From: Mobula hypostoma | Lineage: Eukaryota | Assembly (NCBI RefSeq): GCF_963921235.1 | Contig: NC_086097.1 | Coordinates: 80,912,001-80,976,000 of the forward strand | Length of the DNA: 64,000 nt | Direction: 5' to 3' | In this document: positions 53,186-64,000 of the stretch, piece after piece | Layout: each line of letters opens with the position of its first letter | Position numbering within the stretch: position 1 is the stretch's first letter | Program-made: the position numbers and the translations under genes | Notes under the pieces: generated by a model | The model's database searches: none | What the model saw: only the letters and a program-made list of their open reading frames with translations | Told to the model about the DNA's origin: nothing

Positions 53186-54784
53186 ATAATGCAATGACTA
53201 TATATGTTACACTCAAAGCAATTTTGTACTGTACATGTAAACTGAAAATTTCAACTATACCACACAGTGGTGAAAGAATGGACATATTGTAAATATGTTC
53301 TTCATGCATCCTCTCATATTTACTAAATCTTTTGATTATGTATATGAAGGAAAATGTAAGGATGACATTAAATAGTTGAAAAGGACCGTCTCTGCCCCTA
53401 AACAATAACTGATTTCTCTTTCCACATATGCCGCTTGACTGGCTCAGCATTTGTGCTTTTGTTTAATGTCACTAGTTCATCTTGATCTAATTTCTGAACA
53501 TTTAACCAGAAATAATTTCCACTAATTTATGCATTTCCCTAACCTCACTTCTACTGCCTTCCTGATTTTAATTTACATTTTGAGGTAAATATTTCTCATT
53601 AAATGTTTTCTTCTAAGTTTCTCCTTGTTCCTCTCAATTGGCCAGAAGGTGGTGGAGCAGGGAATTCACAGCATGTGCCACATATTGAATTGGTTCCCTT
53701 GTGCTCAGTTCTAATTACATTTGAGCTGGAAACTGACAGTGAGGACAACTTTGGAGGATCATGGGGCAGATATCCCATCACCTTAAAAATCCATCAGGGA
53801 GAAGATGCAGGAGACTCAGGTCTCACACCATCAGGTTCAGGAACAGTTATTACCCTTCAACAATCAAGCTCTTGAATCGGGGGATAACTTCACTCGTCAT
53901 CATTTGCCCTATCACTGAAACTGTTTCCACAACGTAGGACTTACTTTCAAGGACTCTTCATCTCTAATTCTTGATATTTATTGTGTGTGTGTGTGTGTGT
54001 ATGTGTGGATACATGCATATATATATACACATATATATGTAACTCAGTTTTTTTCTCTATATTTATCATGTATTTCATTGGACTGCTGCCATAAACTTAA
54101 CAAATTTTTGTCCAGTTGGTGTGGTCTTTCATTGATTTTATTATGGTTATTGCATTTAATCAGTATTCCCAGCAGAATATGAATCTTGGGGTTGTATATG
54201 GTGACATATATGTACTTTAATAATAAATTTACTTTGAACTTTGAAAAAGCTGCAAGGAGTGGATAAAGGGAAACAGATGAAATGATGAAAAGGAATTAGT
54301 ACATTCAGAATCTTTTTAGATACAGAAAAAGTGGGCAAGACAGAAGAGCCAGAAAAGAAAAAAATATAAAATTCTCTATGAAAAATTCAGAATTAAGCCT
54401 CCAAACTGATTTAAATTCCACCTTTCTGGATGTAATATTCAGACTTTATGTTCTCATTAGCAGGGGTCCTTAAACCCTGTTAAACAGCTGACCTAACTTG
54501 TCAGAAACAGATTCATTTTCATTTACATTCACACTCCAGTTGCAAGATTGCGTTGAGCCTTTTGAGGAGTTGAGTGTGAGTGGATGGTGGAAAATTCAAA
54601 TTAACCAGCAATTTGTGGCACATCTGTTTTTCTGCTTAAAGTAGTTGGCTGCTGAACACAGCGAAAGTGGTTACTCAAACATCTTGCTGATCTAGTTCTA
54701 AGATTTCAAGTTGAACTTTGGAGATGGTGCAGGGTGAAGGTGAATGGCAGACCAACCCACAGGTTATCTGATAAATAAATAAAA

Positions 54785-55715
54785 AGACTGCTGGAGGAAC
54801 TCCACAAACAGCATCAATAAAGGTAAACGGTAGTTAAGGCTTTGGATTGAAAGGTCTGAGTGAGCAGGGGAGATGGCCAGTATGAAGAGTGGAGAAGCAG
54901 GGGTGAGGCAGGTGACAGGGGAAACCAGTTAAGGAAGGGGATGATGGACAAGTTGCAGAGAGTGGTCCCTGAAGAAAGCAGAAAGACGAGGAGGTGAAAT
55001 ATGACTGATGGAGGGATACCCCTGCCACTGGCAAAACTCTCTACATGACTGCTGGTTCACACATCCCTAACCACCCACCCTTCCCTGTCCTCAGGCACGT
55101 CCCCACAAACCCACACAACGTGCTACCCTTGTCTCCTACCTCATCCCTCCAGGTGAGACCAAAATTCACACACACACACCACCTGCAACTTCATCCACTG
55201 CTTTTGGTGCTCCCATTGTGGCTTCTTCTAAATCAGCAAAACCAAGCATAGACTTAGGCGACTGTTCAACTTCCCTTCCACTTTGTGTCAGTCCTCACTC
55301 TTCTTTACTACCTGGGTGAAGAACAATGCCTCCTATTCCATCTCCTTTCCCTTGTCCTGCCCTCTCCTTGTCACCCAGTTTCATTGCTCTCCCCCAAATG
55401 GTCCCATTTCTATTCCCCTTCCATGTTTGATTCCACTGATCATCTTCCTTACTTCCTTGTTTCCACTTACCTCTCCATGTAGATTCTGTCTCTGCCTCTA
55501 CCCTCCCCTCTGACCACATGGCTCCAGCTGCCCATCCACTCTCTCCTCAGCTGGTTCTACCATATTCCTGCCTTTCACTTCTTTATACTGGCATCCCTCC
55601 TCCACATCCTCTGTGTTGAAGCAGGGTCTCAACGCAAAACATCAACTATCCGCTTGCCTCTACAGATACTGCCTGGCAGCTGGGTTCCGTCAACATTTTT
55701 GCTCCAGGTTCCAAC
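54785..55715. mobile_element. Old Penelope-like element with inverted arms
   Basis: Degenerate terminus on each strand with GIY-YIG-like sequence between. Confidence 0.55.
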
Positions 55716-56354
55716 TTGTATCTCCACTTTACTATTCAATGACCAGGTTCACTTAGCCAGGCAATGAATTATTTTTTCATTTTGTGACAGCAAGTTTTAA
55801 CGACTAACTTCCAAATTGGATGTTAAAAGACTCCGCTCTTTGTGGTAGATACAAGAGGCAAAGGCAAGCAATGGGAGCTAATATAAATGGATTGATTTAT
55901 TCCAGTGTGCCAAAAGAACCAAGAGCAAGATAAACAAAACTGGCAGCTGCTGTAAATCCGTAATTAAAAGAGAAAATGGTGTACTCAGTGGATTCAACAG
56001 CTTGTGAAAAGACTATGACAGGTTAACATGTCAGATGTGGAGTCTTTGTCAGAATGCCACACTGAAAAGGGTTGATCATGTTAATTTTCCTCTTTCCATA
56101 TGGGTGTCCTCAGTTTTCTGCTGCATTTATTTTAAATAATAGGATAGAGATTGCAAAGAAGTGCAAGATGAAATACCTTCATGCTCTTCAGAAAACAAAG
56201 GATTATTATGTGGTCCAATGCTGATATTTAAGCACGGGAAAACAAATCATCACTATCAGATTCTCAAATTGACCCACTCAAATTCTATCAGTCCTTATCT
56301 GTCTGGACTTTATGATGCTTTGACTGCTTCAGAACTGCTTTCTTAATCTCCTTA

Positions 56355-57270
56355 ACACTGGTGCTCCACAATGCAATGTTCTCAGCCCGGTCCTCTGCTC
56401 CTCGTACACTCTCGGCTGTGTGGCCAGATTCTGCGCAAACTGCACCCACGAGTTTTGAAATGAGTCACCATAGTGCACTGCTTCTCAGATAACAGCCAAT
56501 CAGAGTACTGCGAGGAGATGCCGAGCTTAGTAACATGGCGTCGCAACAATCCTCCCCTCAATGTCAGCAAAATAGAAAAGCTGGTCATTTACTTCAGGAA
56601 GGGAGGTAGTATACATGGTGTACAATGTTCACATCAACGATGCTGAGGTTGAAGGGACTGAGAACTCCAAGTCCTCCTCCAAATAGGTAGATGCCAAGGC
56701 CAAGAAAGCTCACCAGGCTGGCTCAAAGAAAAATAGCTTTTCCCCCCTTTGACCCTCACCAATTTCTATCCATACACCATAGAAAGCATCTATTTAGATA
56801 CATGATAGCTTGCAATGGCAACTGCAGAGCTGTTGACCCAGTTCAGCACCACACCATCCTCCCCTCCACAGACTCCGTCTACACTTGTCGCTGTCCTGGT
56901 AAGATGATTCAAAGGAACCATCTAACTTGGTCATTCTCTCTGCTCCCCTCCTACTGGGCAGAAGGTGCAAAAGCCTGAAAACACAAAACACCAGGGACAA
57001 GGATAGCTCTAATCCCGCTGTGATAAGACTATTGAATAATTCCTTTGTACAATAAGATGGACACTTGACCTCAGTCTACTGCGCTATGACCTTGCACCTT
57101 AATGGCTATCTGCAGTGCATGCACTCTCTCTGGAACGGTAACACTTATTCTGCACCGTTACTGTTTTACCTCATACTACCTTAATGCGCAGTTGTAAAGA
57201 ATTGATCTGAATTAATATGCAAGGCAAGCTTCTCCTCTGTACCTCAGTACTTGTGACAATATTGAACTAA
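56355..57270 (+). mobile_element. Rex1/Babar RT and 3' end remnant
   Basis: LNTGAPQCNVLSPVLCSSYT..LNVSKIEKLVIYFRK and the family tail. Confidence 0.75.
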
Positions 57271-57301
57271 TTTACCAAGCATCCTACTACCAGTTGATAC
57301 C

Positions 57302-58212
57302 TGTGCTTGAGCATATTTGCATTTTAAAAAATTAAATCAGGGTGTTTTGCATCTACTTTTATTTATTCATTGTTTGGGATGTGATCATTGTCAGACTAGA
57401 ATCCAGAGTCCATCCCTCATCACCCTCTGAGAAAGTGGCAGCAAACTTTCCTGGCAAACCATGCTGCTAGGGAGGGAGTTCAAGGATTTGGACCCAGCAA
57501 TAATGAACCTGCTATAGATGTCCAACTCAGGAGAGTTGACCATCTTGTGTTCCTGAGTTGTGTCTTGCAGATGGTAGAAAGGTCTTCGAGTATCATCAGG
57601 TGAGTTACTCCCCAGAGGACAACCTGTCTCTGACCTGTTGTAGAGCCACAGCATTCATGTGGGTAGACTAGTTGAGTTTCTGGTCAAGTGTAACCCTCAG
57701 GATGTTTGTGGGGGTGGGGTGGAACTCAGGCATTTCCAACAAGCAGATAATCAAAATTCACTTGGGCCAGAATAACCCAAATTAATTCGAGCTTGTGGTC
57801 AGATAGCACTGGTATGTCACTGGTGCACCAATTACTGTACTATCTACAATACCTGGGGCAGGACGTTACATCTACAAACTAAGCTTTGCAGCTTGGCTAC
57901 TCTGGCCACACTTCTGAAACTCATGACCTCTACTAGCACGGAGGATAATGGCAGCAGGCGCATCACCAGTTGCAAGCTTCCTTCCATTAACCTGTGCAGG
58001 GAATGTGCAGTCGGCTCACGATTGCTGTCCAAATCCTTGAACCCCCTACCCAAGAGCATAGTTGAAGTACCTTTGCCAGGAAAGTTTACTGCCACTTTCT
58101 CAGAGGGATACTGAGGAATGGACATCAGATTCTAGTCTGACATACCGAAAATAAAGAAAAAGTTACTTGACACCCTGATTTAATTTGTAAAAATACAAGT
58201 ACGTTCAACACA
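57302..58212. repeat. Diverged ~200-bp inverted repeat (57302-57501 and 58021-58212)
   Basis: Shared blocks aattaaatcagggtgt, tgtcagactagaatc, ccctctgagaaagtggcag.aaactttcctggcaaa and gttcaaggatttggac in opposite orientation. Confidence 0.85.
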
Positions 58213-58675
58213 ATGCTCCCACAGGCTTCTGACCTGCTTTGTTCTTTTTGTGTTATAGTTCTCCAGTCAAGCTTGAGAAGTCAAAGATAAAGTCAGAATA
58301 AAACTATGACTAGAACGTAGGCAAGCCTCTCAATATTCAACCACAGCATTTGCGCCTGAACAGGTGACTCCATGGGGCAGCCATGTTACTTCTGTTCCAA
58401 CCTACACAGTGTACAAAGTGCAAACTTTCAGCACATGGCAGACTCTGAATATTTACTGTGAAGGGTCCATTGCTTCCTCTGACAGTCTCAAATCAGCAAC
58501 ATCTCAGCCATATACCTGGGTAAAACAGACTGAATGCATGCAGCTTTCTCCGATAGGTTGGGTCATATTGAATCCAGCCTGTTTTTACTGGTGCCTGCCT
58601 AACCTCGCCTAGATTGTCACAAAAGACCAATCACACCTAGCTTCCATATACGAAAGCTATTTCCACAACTCTTAA

Positions 58676-58848
58676 ACAAGAGAAAATCTGCAGATGCTGG
58701 AAATCTAAGTAGCACACACAGCATCTATGGAAAAAAGTACAGTCGACATTATCTTGCCAAAGGGTTTCAGCCCGAAATGTTGACTGTACGTTTTTCCATA
58801 AATGCTGTCTGGCCTGCTGAGTTCCTCCAGCATTTTGTATGTGTTCCT
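58676..58848. mobile_element. Short Penelope-like fold-back insertion
   Basis: Inverted terminal halves with 11-bp TSD acaactcttaa (58665-58675, 58849-58859). Confidence 0.85.
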
Positions 58849-61800
58849 ACAACTCTTAATTCAGATTTATGGTGGTAAAGAGAGCAACAGCTGCACTAAC
58901 CTTTCAAAAGAATGTCCTATTTTCTTCTATTACCATGGTGCTGCAAGCATGAAAGCCTTCCATTCAAATCCTATTCCTGCTAAAAGTTATGTAAATTGTT
59001 AAGAATTTTGCAGCCAATTACGTAATGAGAATATTTATCACCAGACTTTGATGGTTTTTGTGCGTCCTTATTTCATTCAGAAGCAGTAGTGGAAGTGACA
59101 GCAAATTATGATGATAAACAATTGTCTGAATGTGACTAAAACAGGGTGAAATAATTGAAATTAATACACAGCTGGGTCAATCACTGCCTCTTGGAAAACC
59201 ACAGGAATCTGCCACTCCTCAGACATTATTTCTCTATTAGCCTAATAAATAAAAATTTCAAGCTGCATTTAGCTGAACACTCCTTTTCTGTCTTGCACTT
59301 GATTCTGCCGACATCTGGCCCACATCTCATAGTGATTACCCCCAACATGTAAGGTATCTAGCAATACCTTTAAATTGTTCGTGCAATGTTAACCTACTGG
59401 TCAATTTAAATTAAATAATTTTCTGGAAACATATAAGAATTATTTGGATGAAGTACATTGCACTGATGAATTCAAAAGTAAGTAAAAACTATTGATATTC
59501 TGCCTTTTCTTAACAACTTCCACGTACTCCTTTGTTCTCTTTAAGGTTACGGACCCAAGACAATGCTATTAATTTTGAGGCATTTTCTACAGAAGGCTAG
59601 CACACAGGGGCCAAGGTCAGTGTTCGTAGATACCTGCTGACCAGAGTCATTTGATTGGATAAGTTGTTATGTTGAATAGCTAAAACAAGTCTGATTGATC
59701 TCTGCAAGAAAGGGCAAGGATGAGGCCAAAGAGGTGCCAATAGCAACAGCAAGCAAGTGCTGGAAAATAGGTAATAAAAATGTCAGTCAGGCTTGAAATG
59801 CAATGATTTTTCTGGAGGGGAAGAGAAAAGCTCATCAAAAGCACAGAAAGTCTCTGTGGTGATTCTCATCAAACAGTTATGGGGACTATAAGAACCATGG
59901 GGTTGAGGTTGAAGAGCCTGTGCAAAGAGATGATAGCAGCCCCTGTATTAACAACTTTGCACCACTGAAACACTGTGACATGTTGCTTTTCCATGCCTCT
60001 TACTCCAGTAATGAAGTGCAATGATTGGCAGGTTGTTTGGAAAGCCAGACTCATCAGCCTAAAGATACCACTGTTAAGTTCTCTTAAGTTAACTTAGTTC
60101 AAAAGGGACAACACGGCTCACACCAAGTGGTACTCAAAGACATTCTTAAAATTCTTCAAGCATCAACAGCAACTAAGAGCGAATATAAATAGCTCCAGCA
60201 AAGATGCATGAAAATTCCTGCCAGAAACCTATTCAATTTAGCCTGCTGTCTTTTGCTGATTGTTACACAAATTTATCCTTACCAAATTGTGCGAGGAGTC
60301 TTATTCACTTTTGAATAAATACTCTGCACATTTTCTTTCAGTCAGGATAAGGACCAAAATCTGGATTTGGAGTGAGTTTTGGCAGCTCACAAATGCCCAT
60401 CTTATATCATTCATTCAATAGCAATGTGACTGAAGTAATCTGAGCCACACCATGTTAAAAGCAGCATATTCTGACAATTTTCCAGGTAATGCTAGTTTTA
60501 GCAGATCAGCATAGGAAGCAAACTGGAGAAAATTCACAAACATGGCAATGTTCACAAGGAGTCGGCAAGGGATCATATCTGAACCACGATACTTATTCAT
60601 TTGCATAATTGGGACAAGACCATGGCATTAAAGAAGTCTGCCTGTGAGGAATGATTTTGAGCACTCCAGATTAAACTATGCCTTGCTCCTTTGCTAGAGG
60701 GGTACAAACTAGATGCCACTTGAAAATAAAATAATTGCTACAGATAAAGGTACAGGTTTAAATTTTGAAACAGGAGCTTTTTTTTTTGAGGTAGATATTT
60801 TTTCTAAATGCAAGCTGATTATAAACTTTCAATGATAGTACCACGGGAAGCAACATGACTGATACATTCAATGTAGAAATTACAAATTTATTCACATTTT
60901 AAATTCATACTAAAATTAAAATAATATGTGTACTAGTACATTTCTAGGCATTTTATGGATAATTGCAAGTTTTGGCAATTTGTTTGTCAGTAGCTAATAT
61001 GTGAAAAACAAACACCTGCACTTGCTTGTAATCTAGTATTTCCTTTACTCATGGTATTTATAGATTGGAGAATAGCACCTGGATAATTTGTACCCTTATT
61101 TCATAAACTAGGACAGCAATTTTCAGTCCTTACAATTCACATTTTACTCTTTCCATAGTGTGAATTTATGTATCCCTATGGCCACTTAAAGAATTCCTAG
61201 CAGCTGAGTCCCTTGCAAAAATTTATGAGAAAGCACAAAATAAGCCATAACATCTAAAATCATGAAGATCTTCTTTGGTATCATAGAGCATTAATTAGTT
61301 TGCACTTCATCAGTTTCACATTAAATACTTGCATTTCTTCTAAATATATGATGGTTGGCTGTAAAATTCAATACGCAAAACATTTTGTTTATTGTAATTT
61401 TTTTCTGCCAAAAGCTTTCAGCTGAAGTACTGTAGATCTTTTTCCAAGAGACTATAAGCCTCAATTTGGATGAAGTGAAGAATTCATTCCATTTTATCTC
61501 TTTATAGATTATTACATGGTTCTCAATTTTGACACAGTCTTTTCCCTTTCCGCATGTGACAAGCGTAGCCACATCCACAGTAAACTTTCCTGTGCAACAT
61601 TTATCAGCTTGTCAGTTAATTTTGAACTAATGGCACCAAAATGTAACTGTTAAAATGACTGTTCTTCATCTTGGCTCGTTCTGTCCCTCTGACAAAGCAC
61701 AAGCAACCATTTTCTTTATTCAATCCTTTGTACCAATTCCTAAGGGGAACTTCTCTGAGCTATCATCAGTGCATCACATACAGCTCAGTTTGGGATCATG

Positions 61801-64000
61801 TTCCTCTGATAACACATGCCTTTTCTTCTCAAAAAACATCCTTATCTAGTCTCCATAGGCTATAGGAATGACCTTAATTTTATTCTCATTATTCACACAT
61901 AAAACTCACATGACCTGTGTGTCTTTTACTTCTAATTTCAGAAGAAAATTGATTAGTGCGCCAACACCTTTCCTCTCAGCACCTGTTCCTCACCTTGAGA
62001 GAACTGGCTGTCTTCTTCTCACTTAGTTGGGTGAGACTGTGTCCAGTCTGACTGTCCCTGACCATTTCCTGCTCTGATGCTTTGCCTTAGCGTGAGTTGC
62101 ACTACGAATCAGCAATGTATAAGTCTAACCTTCAAGATGCTGCTTCTTCTTTCACTGTTAATAAAATTAAGCATAGGATGAGTATAGAACATTAAATGTA
62201 AAATAAGAGATAAGACTTCAGCTTTACTTGTGAGTAAACCTCAGTTAATTAATTCACAAAGATCCAGGTTTTAAAAATTGATGGAATAACATTTCTGTTC
62301 AATTCTCATTGGTATATTTGACAAACACCATGTTATAATAAGCCTACCCTACAGTGTAATTCAGTATTTTAAAAGGAACTCGAACAACTAATACTATTGT
62401 CATTAAACATTTGTGTGACCTCATTGGAAATAGTTTATAAATATTTAATAACGTAGATCGTGTACTTCAGAGTCAGACATATCATTTATGTCTCAACTGT
62501 GAAATAACTTGGTCTGTTCAAAATTACAATATCAGCAATAATTCTTCTAATATTGAAGTATAATTCAGGATTGTAAGTACCACCCTTGCAAGAATTTGCA
62601 GTTTCAGAATACTTTTCGGATACTTGTGCACATTACAGCACCTTGCTAGATGCATGATGCTATACAGAAATTTATGCTTTTGCCGTCTATTGATAAGAAA
62701 CACTGCACAAAAGGACATTTCTTTCTCAGATAGATGAAGCCTAGTTTAATCATGGAATGACTGAATATTGCGCTATTTTACAGTGAAAAGTGAATTCCTA
62801 AGGCCTGATCCTCAATTCAATTTGATTAAATTGCAGCTGATCTGTACTGCAACCTATTTATCCATCTTTGATCAATATATCTCTTGATAAGCTAAACAAG
62901 CAAAAATCTATTGACTTCAGTCTCAAATATTACTACTAAATTGATCAGTGACATCAACTTAAATTTGTTCATGATTTCAATCTTGATTACACTTTAAAGT
63001 TCACTTGTACAAATAGAAATATAGTCTACAATGATAGGCTTCACTGAAATATGCTTTAGACTTTTTATTGATTTACCCATTGTATCTTGAATGTTTAATC
63101 TGTGTTGCAGCATTTAAAGCACTGGAAAAATCCAATGATGCTTTTAAAAGGATTGGGATTTTAACAAGAAATTTTCTACACTATGATGTAAGCAGAAGAA
63201 AAGACAAGAATAATCTTGCAATTACCATAGCTTCCATTAGCAGCCTCAAAGTACTTCACAGTCAACTAATTGCATTCAAAATATTGCAAAGTAGGGTAAT
63301 ATGGTAGCCAGCTGTGTGCAGTATGCATAGTCCCATAAGCAGATGAGAAGAGCCCTATTCATCAGACCCTCATGCTCAGTCATAGCCTTAATACAAACCA
63401 CACTGCTGCCAAGGTGCCTGCAGTGGGGAAGTAGCCATCATCTGTCTCCTACTGGGTTGTATATTTCTCAAGGAAGACTTGAAGGGGATGGCGCTCAACA
63501 GCGACTCTTTCCAGCTCATCTGCAGAAACCGCTTAATTTCTACTTCTGCAGTCTCTCTTTTTCCTCTTCAGGGTGGATGGGTTCTGTCAGAGACTCTGAC
63601 CTGGACAGACACTCAGACTTCAGTTCTTTGCGGTGGAGGGACACACTCCTGGGGGCTCACAAGCAGCCGCTTTTCAAAATCCCAAGGATTCGGCCTAAAA
63701 GAGCACGCCTTCGGGGTTCCAAGGCTTCATGGCCCTGTGGACAGGCTGACTCTATGCTGGTGGGCTGACTGAAGCGTCACAGGAGAATACGGAACATCAG
63801 AAACAGTCGATCAGTTGTCTGGGGCTCTGTACGTGGTGAATCTCAATACCTCAACATGCCTTTCTCTCTCCTTCTTTCCCTCCCTCCCTCTCTCCCCCTC
63901 TTCCCTTCCGTCCCCCTTTCTGTTTCCCTTCGTTGGGGAAGAGTTTGTTATCGATACTTGAGTTGTAGAACTCTGGGAGGAAAAAAACAACATGGCAGAG

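Overview
Eukaryotic, AT-rich, repeat-dense intronic DNA. The repeat repertoire (HE1/V-SINE-like and DeuSINE-like SINEs, CR1, Rex1/Babar, Penelope, Hero) suggests a cartilaginous fish, probably a ray; this is inference. The only host coding sequence I can support is one 238-bp internal exon of alpha-1,6-fucosyltransferase (FUT8) on the minus strand at 6904-7141. I found no neighbouring FUT8 exons by eye, so the rest is probably FUT8 intron. Most ORFs in the track are fragments of decayed transposons: CR1, Rex1/Babar, RTE and Hero-type LINEs, Penelope-like elements, two Tc1 remnants, a Gypsy remnant, two solo LTRs and several tRNA-derived SINEs. Three patterns go beyond this inventory. (1) At least six 34-290 bp tracts look copied from DNA 0.5-4.3 kb away, with microhomology or duplicated targets at the junctions, including a ~288-bp inverted repeat. 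(2) Four Penelope-like insertions share a fold-back structure bounded by 11-14 bp target duplications, and their termini carry minimal hammerhead ribozyme motifs, one with an intact core. (3) A Rex1/Babar LINE has a twin-priming-type 5' inversion. I see no CRISPR array and no new protein-coding system. Repeat boundaries without a stated TSD are approximate, and identities were counted by eye.
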